NCBI GenBank assembly: GCA_051294905.1
Contig: CM119379.1
Location: 23,436,001 to 23,500,000, forward strand
Direction of reading: 5' to 3'
Origin: Botryllus schlosseri
Lineage: Eukaryota
DNA length: 64,000 nucleotides
The translations under genes were made by a program, and so were the position numbers. This document shows, piece after piece, positions 25,312 to 38,580 of the stretch; position 1 is the first letter of the stretch; every line of letters begins with the position of its first letter. The notes under the pieces are model-generated. The model searched no databases. It was not told the DNA's origin and worked only from the letters and a program-made list of their open reading frames with translations.

Positions 25312-27567
25312 ATCTAATGGATCGGGCCGACGTTTGAAACTGTATTATGGCATATATCAGAGTTTCCCCGAATATCACTTCCCCATAGTGTCCGCTTCCT
25401 AGTCTAAACTCAAGGAGTTTCTGCTGGATAATACTATAGTGTGCGTGTTGAGATTATCTCGAATTTAGCCCCCGACGCGGTCGATATAGGCGAGCCAGTG
25501 CTGTAAAATGTGCATAATTTGATATCCATCTTCTCCCCTGTCCATCTTTTGATTAGTGATTACTGATTAGTACTATGTGGGGTATTTCTCATCCAGAGAG
25601 CAAATGTGCATGCCTCATGCTTCACACGTACCTCCATTTGTTTACTATTTGTAGGCCGTGACAGGAGCTGGATTGATAGACTCTACCGCACCAAGTCGAT
25701 TATAGACTCCTTTCCTTTTACTGTATTGCAATCCGTGTAGTATCTTGAGATGAAACGTTAATTAACATGTTGATGATAGATGATGACGATGACTTTTACA
25801 AATTCCGGTGGCAAACGCATCGCGCGCGCAGAGGTTGAAGCGAGCGTCGCAGCGAACAGATTCTGTTACGTCACATTGGTCGTTATGTCAAACACGTTCT
25901 GAAGGCCACATAAGGCTGCACAATAGTCGGTCATTCTCATAAATCTCTGTCACTCGCAAGGCTACCTTCTTGTTTCAGATCCGCATTAGCTGAAACTTTA
26001 TCATTGGTTAGTTGTCACCCGCCTCAATACCTATTCGTAGCATGAATGATACTCCGAATACAAGATGTCATTTCCTCTATAAGCGGGTAGCACAATTGCA
26101 GCTAGCGAATAGGCCTGCATGAAAATAGGACTCTAAATAGCAGCATGCTATTAATCTCAGCACTTCGTGGTTATAACCTGTATGTCTATTTCCTTCTCAC
26201 CCAATATTGTTCCCTTTGCGGCAGTTATAAGCCAAATTGTGAAAAGAGGCAGATTGAATATCCTCAATACGTACGGATACAAATAATAATGTATGTATAA
26301 ATTTGTCGATGGTCATTGGTCAATGGTCATATTTGAATTGAACTAAATATGTCACTGGTACATATGCTCTCGACCGACCTTACGTCAACAATGATATTAA
26401 TTTAGCATAGATTTCTTCATGATATACTCAGTTGCTCTTTGGTCGCACCGAATTTAAGCATAGGGATCTACGTATAATATGAAGAGTAATATATGATTCT
26501 GATAAAACACATTCTGCAGCCTGCTTGATCGATAGCAGAGGAGATATTATTTGATTCTAAGCGGCATAAATTCGCCCTGCGGATTCTAAATAACAGCCCC
26601 CGATTCTTGATACTCGAGAGATAGCACGGTGAAGCAATTTCAGACACCTAATGTTTGTGAAACGCCAGTATATTTTTTAAGTAAATGATCAATGATCAGA
26701 TACCCCGAGTGATTTATCATCGTCATATTGTCAATGACAAAAGCAGCAGAGAAAACAAAATCATTGCATTGGCACGAGGAAGAGATCTGTACATGTAGGA
26801 TTTAGCGAAAGTGTGTTTAAAACGCGACAATACCCACTGTTTGGTTTACCAAAAGCAATATTTAAACATACACGTGTTTATATCGGAATAATTCAGAACG
26901 CATTATTGTCTGAACTATTTCCGTACTTGAACTTTTAAACAACAACCCCGAAACCAGTGAAGAAAAAGGTAAAGAGAACAACAAAGGACGATACTTTCAA
27001 GAAGGCACACATTTCGTCATTTCGGTTTTCAATTTCTGGCATTGATATAGTATCGCAATCCGCATAAATACATTGTAGCACGAAAAGTAATGATAGAGGA
27101 CACGGAAACGCAAGACATAAACTCCAGTTCATCTTGAGCTTCCTATAAATAGAGTGACGGATCGCAAGTATGTAGTGAGGCTATAGCGTCTGCTCGGCTG
27201 TGATGGGCAAAATCCAGTACATTCGATCAGAAATAGAGTATTACTCGTTATGGCGCCACCATAGCACTGTTGATGCCGATATTTCAAATAGTGCTTTTAT
27301 GCAATGCCAAGATAAAAATGCCAGTTTACATTATACATTTGGTATTTTTTCAACCGTGATCAAGATCTCACAAAATATCGTTTCCACTCACGCGTACATA
27401 GGTTTGTGCTGTGTTTTAAATGCTGTGACCAATCGAGGTTTGAAGGTTTCCAGGATGGGGAAGAAAGTATCGAAACTATAATAATTATCGTTGAAGATAT
27501 AGCTCATAGTGTATATAGAAGCGTATATGTCTGTTGTTCAGTATTCGAAGAAATTGCTTCTCACTGT

Positions 27568-27942
27568 CGAATCATAGCGTAGTGGTGACGATAAGCACCT
27601 ACAAATCTGGCGGATCCGGTTCGATTCCCGTCAGTGGTTTATCTGGGCTCCTCTTCCCCCGCCGTTGCCGTACTTACGGCGACAAAAAAGCCCAGAAAAA
27701 GACCCGACGAAAGAAAGCACTCGCAAGGAATGGAAAGAACTAGTAGAAAGGGCCGCGGCTACAAAAAGATCAACAGCGAAAAGAACTGTGACATCGGGTA
27801 CTCTATAGGCCGAGGTGGATGTTAGATTAAAATGATCGCTACTGATGCCTGTCGTTCGACATCCTCCTATAAGTTCATGACATCCCCTTGTGACTTATCG
27901 CATTGTACATTGTGTGTGACTTGATGAAGATGAAGATGAAGA
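27568..27942 (+). mobile_element. tRNA-derived SINE, family 1, with (GATGAA)n tail
   Basis: A-box TAGCGTAGTGG 27575-27585, B-box GGTTCGATTCC 27618-27628. Body matches 17895-18145. No complete cloverleaf or CCA end. Confidence 0.75.
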
Positions 27943-28296
27943 ATATAACTCAACCATTATTATATTATCATTACAATTAATGCTGGTTTCGTATCCGAGC
28001 TATGGCATCGTAGAATAGGAGTAAAATTGGACACACAGGCGTGAATTTAAGGTCACCAAGCCATATGCCGGGCATTATAATCATGATACGCCTTCGAAAT
28101 TTGCTTTCCGCCGTTAAGATCGTATTTCAAACTGCGTAAAATAACAGCGTTCTGTCGATTGACGCAATGATTCGCAGTCGGCGCGTGGGAAGGTTCCGTT
28201 CGGTGAAAGGCGGCTTCAGAGGGAAATAATAACTGCATACTGAAAGGAAATTGTTTTGGATCGGCATCGCAGAACAAACACAATTTCTAGGCGCGC

Positions 28297-31200
28297 TCAA
28301 ACGACGGTGTTAGACGGGCCCGACTCTTCGTCCGCATCAACATAAACGGCTTCGTTAGTGTGGACCGCGCGGTCCGGATTTGACTTGCGTCGGTTACTTT
28401 TCTTGAATCTGCTGGAAACGCCCGCTCTGTAGTCGTCGCGACGGGTTTTTAGCTGTAAAATTGAAGTATAACCGGGGTGTAAGATTTCGATTCTTGATTC
28501 AAACTCATACACATGGCATGCCGCACGGTCGAAAACATACATACAGTAGGGTTACCATATTTTAAGATCTGTAAATGACGACAAAAGGGGTGTTTAAAAA
28601 ATTTTTATACAGCTAATGTCCTAGGGTTGACTAAAAAAAGGTCATTTCACCAACTTTACTCCGAAAGACCCGTTTATAGCGCCGATGTGCGAATTGACTA
28701 AAAAAAAGTCATTTTTCGAACTGGACTTCCGAAATACCGGTATTTCGTCAATTCGAACCCCATTTGGAGTAATTCGTGTTTTTTTTGGTAAATATCACTT
28801 TTATTGGTGAAATTTTCATCAATGAGACCTTCATTCGAATCTACATTATGAAACTATTTCTTTGAGTATATTTTAGATTCTCATATTTTACTTCCACTGT
28901 ATGGTTTTGGCGTGTCTTGGAAATCGCTACTTTACATGGAATTGCACCTGGTGGTGAGTGTCCGCCGAAAATATTCGGGTTTATTACAATATGAATATAT
29001 TACTCAATTGTATATTGAAGTTCTATAACTACAAGAGACTCGACATGTAATTGAGTAGCCTACTTTACACATGCTGATATATTGACCGCATCTTCTGAAA
29101 GAACCGACAGAGTTAATGGGTGAACTTTTGGGACATTCATTATGGTAACCCAATGAGTCTGCCGGGTATGGACATTCAATAATGTGATACGGTACAAAAG
29201 CTCAATGCGCTCTCGCAATCGAATTTACGATCCAAAAGAGTCCATGGAAACCGTGCCCTGCAGTGTCTTGACTGACATGTTCAATCCCAGTAACATTTGA
29301 CCAACTTACCCGCCTGGCGACGCCTCCCTTTGCTGTATGGAACGACTGTTTGGTTGGTTCTTCAACGGCTAAAAGAAAGTAAATATGATTACATCGCAAC
29401 ATAGATGATATGTGTTCCTGTATTTTCACCACTCTTCGAGAAATCCGCCGGTGACCAGACTTCGACAAATAGCTAATTCTAGTGGTCTCATAAGATTAAC
29501 TAGAGCGAAATGCCGGTAATCTAATTCCAATCTAATTTGTGAAAATGGTTCAATGTTTTCCTGAAATTGGTGCAGGTGAACTTTACAGTGAGAATCAAGC
29601 AAAGCTTGAGCTTGGTGTAGGCCTGCTACATACATTTGTCATTCTCGTGTCTATAAATATGAACTCTTGATTTGATATGAACTTAACTTGATATTTGTTG
29701 TATGTATTTTAATTCAATTTCCAAGTTTTTGCGAATACAGTAATTCTATATCTAATCTAATTTGAAAAAGAAAACTGTAGCTATAATTCTAATTCCAATG
29801 TAATCTGGAAAAGCTGAAAATTTTGTAGTTGTTCAATTATCCATCTCTGCCGGTGACAATACGAAGTACCCTAACGCCCTCTTGCGGAGGTCAGTCATCA
29901 TAGAAGTCGCGAGTGTGACGTGAAAATCGCATACAACGTCGCTCGTACTACAGATTGACCTTCTGCCTCTACCATGTGATAGTTATCTATACTCGTACCT
30001 TCAGGCTCCTTCTCTTTATGATAAAACTCTTCTGGGTCTTGCAACACGTCGATTCCGAAGAAATCCGCGGCCGTGTGCGGATACCAAAAGTCAGTCGCTA
30101 ATATCAACGCGCCGTAGACAATAGATACGATGCCTGCATAATTACAAACATAAATTATATCATTACAGCAAATGCAATATGGCGTGATACTAAAAAGCAG
30201 CTAGAACATTATGCATTTCTACGTCTTAAAACTACAGGTGGCATCAATTAGGCTTCTCGTCTCATCGTATGAGGTTGTTTTCTTCAACCTTTGTTGACTT
30301 GCGAGCTGCGACACATCTCAACTGAAATGTGACCTAAATTATATGGAGTACAGATGCTACTCGTATCCGAATCGAGTGTTAATCGCAATAATTCGAGTCT
30401 AATAACGAGGGACTGAAATTACACGGCCCAGGCAAGTAAGAGTTGCATTATCAGCGAGAATTTTAGCGTTTGTAACAACAAACATCCAGCACAAATCAAA
30501 GCATGTTAATGGGATTGACATTTCTGTGAAGCAGCGATCAATCCACAATATTCCCACAAAGCGGAATAAAATAGGTATGACCAAAAACTATCACATATCT
30601 TTAATGTGGTACGTAACTGAGCACACTTTCTTTGTGTTTTTTATATTTTTTAAATTATATCATGAGGCAGTTTCGCTTCATAACTGTTAAAACTTCAGAA
30701 TTCGCATAAACAGAATGGCTGTCTGAGATGAAATATTCTACCGTGCAAACTAATTTTAATTGCCAAATTGCCAAAACTTGCCAAAGATATTGCTGTTTAG
30801 AGATGTTTTGTTGGGGTTTTGAAAAAAAGAAATGCTTGCAAAAACGTGACGATCAAAAGGGGGTCCGCAAAGACAAAAAGGTTGAGAACCACAGTCGTAG
30901 AGCAACAGGTTTACAACTTGATTGTAACTTACCGCCAGCCATGGTGAGCCAGAAGGAAGGTCCGTAATGGAAATGCATAACCCCGTCCTCGAATGGTATC
31001 TCAAGCGGCTGAGTACCGAAGCGAATTGTCGCGTACACAACCACGCTAATCTCCATAAACAATCCAGTCATGATGAAACCGATTCCACAGTACGACAGCA
31101 CCATCACCGATAACGCGTTAGAGATGAGCCACAGTGGAAATGCGGTCCTGTAATTAGTCACTTTCATCTGCTTGCGTACTTTTAAAAACAAGTTCTACAC

Positions 31201-34200
31201 CACTGGAAATTTACTTACCACAGTACTTGCCAGGTGTACCACCCAGCTTGTCGGAACGACCGCCCCCAGCGTATCAACTCCCCGTCCAGAGTGAAGTATT
31301 CCGCCACCCAAAGTATTGGCAGAGGCAGTCCCCGGTATTGCGCGTCGCGAAATTCCCTGTTGATTCTGCCAGCTGATAGATTAACAGCGGTTATGAGATC
31401 CGAGAGGTGACACTATGGTCGAGCTAACCAGTAACGAAGTAGGCTATACTTCGACTTTTTCAGGGTATTAAACTACTTACTCAAGTGACTGTTTTGGACT
31501 ACTTCCATTCTACTTGGATAGTATGTTAGGCAAAAGTACATTTTACACTTTAAATTTTGGAAAGTAGAAAGTAGTTTTCGGATAAATTTGCATCACCTTC
31601 ACTAGTTTGATTGTCACTGTAAAATATCATCTGTATATCACATTAACTCAAGATGTTTTTGACAGTTGCACGTATTTGTGGTTTCATCAGTCATTTTACG
31701 TTAGTTGCGAAGATGCATGATGCAATTCGGATTAACAGCTAAATATGTGGGACGCAGCACTTGAGTACTTTTCAAACATTTCAATTTCTATTTCCTCTCG
31801 AAGAAGTTTGACATGTCGTGGAGATTGCTAGTTCTATAGTTGTAATTGGATAGAAATTCACGGCGTTATTTCTAGTTCTACTCGAGTAGCAATTAAGAAT
31901 ACTTTGACCAGACCAACCCGCATGCGGGCGATTGATAAGACATCACAGATAGATTGTGACGCGTTGTAAATATGAAGGGAGAAAGTCCTGGATGATCGGA
32001 AACTTGCCACCCCTTAATAACTACGCCATTGTTACTGTAACTGATTCAAATGGGCCGTGCGTCTATTCTATCTAGGCTACTATACTGCGCTCAATACAAA
32101 TGACATTAACGATGTTTCTAATCATACTTTGACAGTATCGGGGCTATTTTGAAGAGTTATCATGTATGTCGATAGGTTCTGTTCTATTGACATATAGATT
32201 GATGGTGTCGGTGACGTTGTATGTTCGCTTTGGTAATATAATGGTGCACATAATGTCACGGATCATGTACGTTTCTACCTAATAGGAATCTGGAAAAATG
32301 CAACTATACAATCTAGTTATGATTTCGCAACATATACTCTTCGAATTTGTTCACGCTCAGATTCGACATATTATGGAAGAATGCACTGCTCACACGACCA
32401 AAGAAAACATTGCAGTCATTTTAAGTAAACTTACAGTAAGGACCGAATCCAAAACGGCCCTGTCGCCACGCCCACGTAAACCTTTCATTGTAGTCAATAT
32501 GTTCCGACCAATGCGTGTTATTTTCGGCGAGGTCAGTTTCCTCAACTAGTTGTTCCACGGGATCGCCTGGAAAGTAAGTCGCAATCGTATTGTTTCGTCT
32601 TTAGTAATATCTTTATATAACGCACCCTTCAAAGTCACGTTTACCGATCCCAACCCGATTCTGGCCCCTACGGTTGCGTGTATCTCGGTCTTTGTGAAAG
32701 CTTTATACGGCGTCTTTGTAGATAGCTCCGAGGAAACCCAGTCCTGACCGAGCACACCCACTGTGTAATCAAAAGAATCGGTGGCAAAACGGAGCGGGGA
32801 ATACCGCAATGATCATTGCGTTGCCTGTAGTCAGTAACTGTGTGTTTGCTAATGAAGTGGAAGCAAATGGCGAACGTCGAACTTAAGCCTGTTCACTATA
32901 AATAAATAATGACGGTATGCTCGCTATGCATACAGTATTTGACGTTAAAAGTAACTTTGGTTCCTCATTAACATTGACATACAGAGCATATAAAATAGTG
33001 TACCCTCAAAGTGAAAGTAACGCAACTTACGTAAAATCGCAGCACCGATGAACAAACTCACGACCACGCGTATTAGAAAGTTCAGTCGCTGGAACGAAAT
33101 GCAATAGGAGTCAATAATCGTAAAATAGGTATTAGTTTTTCGCGTATTCAGTCGAAATGTTTCGATAGGGATCCAATCGCCGGAAATACTATTATATATT
33201 TGCAATAGATTTTGCCGAAGAATGAAGACAGGCGTAGCCTACTAAACAAAACCCAAAGTGTGCAGTGTGTACTGCACGTTGTACATCCTGCTTACCAAAT
33301 GCGACTCGCAAATAAAATTTGTGCGGCTTGCCAAAAACGGACACAATAAACATGTGCCTTGTATTCCACACCTGTGATGTCAACATCACCGAAGTGTGAC
33401 AGGGTTTTCAACTCCCCACTGAAATGACCATAATCCTACAGTTTGATGTTCCAAAGGTGAGAATAAACCATGGTACCGTACTCTGCTCTTCTCTCAAATG
33501 TACGTGAAAGTTTTCTTTTCAATTTATATAGTTATAATCGCACTACGTAACAATATTTTTGTTTGGCTCATTATTTGATGCCGCTTTATGTTTTATGGGA
33601 CGCACGCTAAGCTTGAAAATCAATGACTGCAATTCGATACTGAATGAATTTCGTGATGTAGCATACAAACCCATGGTTCTTTTGTCTATACCGGCGAAGA
33701 GAATAATTAACAATCCTCACCGTAACTTGATCGTACCTAATAAGAGCACTATGCTTGTTTGATTGGATACTGGCAAATTATTTCCAAGTATAGTATAGTA
33801 ACGCGTCATGCAATCACAAAGCAATGGATGCTGGTGATTCGCTGTTAACCGTGTGTTATGAAATGGCGAAGTCAAGATCAATCACTAATGCATTGTCATG
33901 CTTCGCTAAGCTCAAAGGTATACCCCGCATTTCAAACCTTGCTAATGTCTTTTATTTAATATTCACAATCAGAATAAGTGCATGCGGTGAACAGTAAGGA
34001 ATGTAACGGATGTTTTCGAAATCTCTTTCCGAAATTTAAAACTGACTGTGCACCTGTTGCGATTGTTCAGCGTAGCGCTACATCTCACTCAACCATACAA
34101 CGTTGAATGCAACTATGACTTTAAATGATATAGGACTTACCTTAATCCCAGGAAATCCTGGCACGATGAGAAAGAATGCTAGCCCGAGCATGCAGAACGC

Positions 34201-34305
34201 TAGTATAAACCCGGTAGTCAAAACGTCCACAACAGCGGTGTGATAGGCCGGAGCATATTGCGTCGGACCCCCGTTTACCCGAAAAGCACTGTATGTATGT
34301 CCCAT
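28297..34305 (-). CDS. DUOXA: Dual oxidase maturation factor (DUOXA/NIP family), ~402 aa
   Basis: Exons 34141-34305, 33031-33088, 32626-32760, 32435-32566, 31219-31372, 30933-31147, 29999-30133, 29310-29368, 28297-28452. Motifs: FLIVPGFPGIK, RVVVSLFIGAAIL, PYKAF, IGLGSVNVTLKG, IDYNERFTW, RGLPLPILWVAEYFT, FRQAGWY, HFHYGPSFWLT. The last two exons are inferred from splice signals and phase only. Confidence 0.92.
28548..28800. mobile_element. TAGGGTTACCAT-family MITE fragment in DUOXA intron 8
   Basis: Left terminus tagggttaccat plus two ttgactaaaaaaa(g)gtcattt sub-repeats, as in 2962-3362. Confidence 0.5.
31420..31910. mobile_element. Old degenerate relative of the CAGAGGTGGTCA family in DUOXA intron 4
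   Basis: ccagtaacgaagtag...tacttactcaagt at the left end and tactttgaccag at the right end. Confidence 0.45.
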
Positions 34306-37300
34306 GTCTGCTGACTAATGATATCTTTCAACTGCTGTAACTGTACCACGAATGCCAATCCAGGCGAAATACCTTCTTTTAAGAGACTACGATTGCTCAA
34401 CTTCTACCGTAAATACGATCGGTATGTGTATCGGTGTCTTCCGGTGTTTCCCAGGCCCCTTCAACGTACCAACTTGATATACGGTAAAAGAGCGTGCGGT
34501 TTCTCGTATCTAAAAAAAAGTTCCACCTTGTGTTACAGGCGAAACATAGTTACAACACACGTACACATGGTAGCCTACGTGGTAGTTTACTGGTAGAATT
34601 CGTCAAGGGCTCATTGTCTACTCATCGATTCCGGCAGAAGATACAACTAGTTTCGTTTTAACAACGAGAGTTTCTGCGATCCCATAGATTGGTTTTGGTA
34701 AGCCATAGATTAATCTGTGCTAGTCAGTAAATCAATACACCTCGAATTATGACAAGGGTACTTTATCGTAACATTGATGACATTGTCTAATTATTTATTG
34801 ATTGCAAAAACTATTTATCTTCCTACCAATTAACGTTGCTTTAATTGGGATAAGCCACAGATATCTCTGCGCAACGCAACACCATCTCACCTACTAATAT
34901 TTCAACAGAAGCCACCAATCTTTCAATCGGCACGCGTTCAGCGAACAATGATACGGAGTTGTTACAAATACAATCTATATACCCTATTATTCCCTTATTA
35001 CAACAACCAATAGCATTGGAATCTATTTGCCAAGTGGTGCAATCCTCGCGTCCACTTTTAGATTTCTTGAGCGAACTGAGTGCTTCAAACATCCGAGCCG
35101 TCCGTTCTGTACATGCCATCAATAGTCTTGATCGCATTATTGGATAAATAGAAACTTGAAGTAGATCGGAGTTGCATGTGACGCTCACTCTTTTGTTACT
35201 GTTGATCGGTACATCACAACTCGCCCTTCAAACAATTTACACGCCTGCATTTAAATGGGGAAAACTGTCGAATCGGATGAATGTGTGTTAATCTGCCGTT
35301 TTGTGTTGATTTTCGATTTTTTCTACGCATTTTCATGAGTGAATTTACCATATTACACATATTGGTTGTAACGAGATCTATTGAGAAAATCACACGAGGA
35401 GACCAGTACACTTGTATATTGAAAAAGTTTGGGATCGCTGGTGTATAGGACACATCGTGACTAACAAAGTATGATAGCATATTCAATTGATATTCTGCTC
35501 AATTTATAATCAGATTCAGATATAAACTTATGTGGTACAGGCTGACTAATTATTTAGCTGTATGCGGTCCTTCTAGATGACGTAACAGTAGAATCAAGTC
35601 CAACACGAGTTTGACGCTTTTTCGCACGCACCGCGACAACAATAGAGCTATTCAGAATTTTGAGCCTATACTGATATAACATATTTTTGTGGATAAGCCT
35701 ACGTTTCCCGCTTATATCCAAGAAACTAAATATTTCCAGTTCAACAAGCGCGCCTGCAGTTTAGGAAACACAAGTTTTCAGCCTGTTCACCTGAAGTGAA
35801 CTTCTATGGTTCTCATAAATCAATCCAGCACTAATTTAGACTTTCTCACTTGGAACAGACTTAGGAGAGTTGACGTTTCAGGACAGGCCGATAAATATTG
35901 TCTCGAGTTGGCCAATACCGATAGTTCTACGGAGCAGGTAACGACTCTACTCTATAGCGTCAACCGCACAGTCCATATATTCGCTGTAACTCATTAAACA
36001 GACATATTTGCCCTATTGCGTTAACCACTCTTCTTCACCGCAACTAGTGGGAATGGTATTTTCTATTTCCGATGCATAAAATCGAAACAGAACAGTAATG
36101 CGACCGACGGTTTCGTTGTTTTTTTGAACTGGAAGTTGCCTCGCGTCTTTTACGCTCGGATATGAAGAATCAACATCAACATATATGATTTATTTATGAT
36201 GTGATGAGCATATGTAATATGATTAGGGTTGCATTTAAAACAAATATCTATTTTAAACAAACATGTTTACAACATGGGCCTTGTTGAAAACATGTATTTT
36301 AATTTTCATTCTTGGATACTTTTGATCCGCTCGATTGCGACACATTCAATTGGTGACGTGCTATCCACCGGGTATTTCCAGGTGATCACGTACAATTGCA
36401 TACGACATATATATACCATACGTATTCCGTGATAAACAAAGATGAAGATATTTTAATCTATAGGCCATCGATCACGTGTTTGTCCCAAAGGTTTGATACC
36501 ACGCCGTGTTGCCTTCATTCGATATAATGTAGGTAGTTAGTGGCGACCAACTAACGAGTAAATATTGAATAAAGTTCTATTAATGGCAGATCCAGTCCAT
36601 TCTTTGGTCGTATATCAATTTCAAGATATGACACTATTGTGGGTATGAGGGAATACCATAGACGCCCTCAAAGAGAAAAGATGTTGTTTCGAGAGGACAT
36701 CTCCTGATGACGAAATACACTAGTCTCGATAAGGCCACCACTGGACAATGGCCGTTGTGTTATTTTTCGCTCTAAAAACAATCCAACCGATTTAGGGAAC
36801 GAGCTCTAAAACAATATTGTTAGGAACGGGACCTATACACGTAGGCCACGTCAGGAGCTTTTCCGATGGCAACGAACTGGACGCATTGTGGTGAGTGCAA
36901 TTCTCCTGGCCACAGACCAGAATGGTTGGGCCGCCGTGACGTGTGCTCGGGGGAGGCAAGTGAGGCAGTGTCTCTTACCTGTTGTCAGGATAAGTAAAAG
37001 AAAATTTTGAAAATCATCAATAATTATTATTGGTATTTTATATCGATGTTCCTTAATGACGAAATTTTGAACATTGTACACCCAAAATCACGCAATTTGA
37101 ATAATTATTGTGCAAACATATAGCATGAAAGGAGAGGCGAGGCACGGACAGGCAAAGCCTCACCTGTGATAGCGCAATACATCAAAAATAGTTCAGAATA
37201 TACAATAGCTGACGTAATAATCGAGTGTTGTTGTGGCAATGATTCCGAAAATCGAAATAACAATGATGTCATATCTTAACAACCACCTCAAAATCGTCAG

Positions 37301-38044
37301 GGACTTTGAAAATCGGCTGTGTTGCGTACATTGACAGCGAACAGAATAATAACCAGCAGGTGAGACACGGATTAATCTGTTTCACGGATTGTTGACTAAG
37401 AACACGACAATGGCAACGCACTGAAACAACGCGCTCTAGACTTCGCAAACCGACGGTGTAGTATCAATCGTGGAGTTGCGACGGCCAGGATAGTGCAGAG
37501 CAAATACATTCCCCTAATGATGTATATCAGGTGTGTACTCTCCAAGTCTACATCCATTCCATACCTATCTTCAATTCTGAATATGTAGTAGCTTCGCACG
37601 TAGCCTGCGTGTGAAGAGCGCTAACTTAAAAGAAACCAGTAGCCAACTGAATAAGTTACCTTTTTGGGTTTATATATTTGCAAACCCAACTCTAAGGGGT
37701 CAGTGCCACAGCAACCACGAACCTCGCCGCACGTCACTGGTGTCCCTACTAAAAATTCACCACAAAAACGAGAGCGCCTTAAAATCTTGAATTATAACAA
37801 TGCAGAATCAATCAACGTACCGCACGTACAAGTACATCTCCAACCTTCATTATCCTACACATTGGACAGAGCTTGCTCATGCTCAACCCTAAGCAGATTT
37901 AGACAAAATTGGCGGTCTCAATATTTGAATGCCGTCTCGTGGTTTACGCAACCGGGTTTTGGTTACAAATCAGGCACACTGTTTTGTACGTCATCTTATA
38001 GTCACAATGAGTAATTAAATCAGCGAATAGATAGAGTAGGTGTA

Positions 38045-38160
38045 TGATCCGCAGCCTAGAAGTGGGCCATGCTACAAGTAGGAATACACGAAATCAAAAT
38101 GAAGAATACCGGCCTGGCGTAAATTGCCAGTGTATTCGAAAAGCAACAATATGGAAATTT
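38045..38160 (+). mobile_element. SINE family 2, 3' fragment
   Basis: cctagaagtgggccatgctacaagtagg...aaaatgaag...ggcctggcgtaaat matches the 3' half of 38298-38580 and 60340-60572. Confidence 0.65.
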
Positions 38161-38297
38161 GTACTGTAAAAACGGTTCGTCAAGATTTTTCTTCTCGACT
38201 TCTCATCGCGTGAGTTTAACCTATAGCCATTGGTCAATATTGACGTGAACGTGGTTTACAATTCAATTACAATCTCAAACCAGTTTGTCGCTACTTT

Positions 38298-38580
38298 TTG
38301 TTTGTTTTTGTGGTATTCATGGTGTTTGTCGACTACTATGGTCATTTACGCCAGGCCGACATCCCTCATTTTTATTCCGTAACTGCCGACTTCTAGCACG
38401 GCCCTCTTCTAGGCCCTCTGTAAGACACCGCTTACACGGATAAGGTGGCGAGGAGGAGCCTAGATAAACCTCCAACACCTAATAGGTATAGGAATTCTGA
38501 AGTCGACCGCGGTCGGACGCGAACCCGCAACCCATCGGTGTTGCAGCCGCGGATTATATCACTACGCTATCTCACCACGT
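38298..38580 (-). mobile_element. Full-length tRNA-derived SINE, family 2, with 15-bp TSD
   Basis: A-box TAGCGTAGTGA, B-box GGTTCGCGTCC, CAAA-rich tail. Perfect TSD GTTTGTCGCTACTTT at 38283-38297 and 38581-38595. Confidence 0.88.

Noticed and set aside
27143-27152. CTATAAATAG as a MEF2 site or TATA box
   Set aside because: Single 10-mer in AT-rich DNA; too close to the 27132 ATG to be its TATA box, and no plus-strand gene follows.
27568-27640. Possible tRNA gene
   Set aside because: A and B boxes are present, but there is no complete acceptor stem or terminator, and it continues into a body shared with another copy, so it is a SINE.
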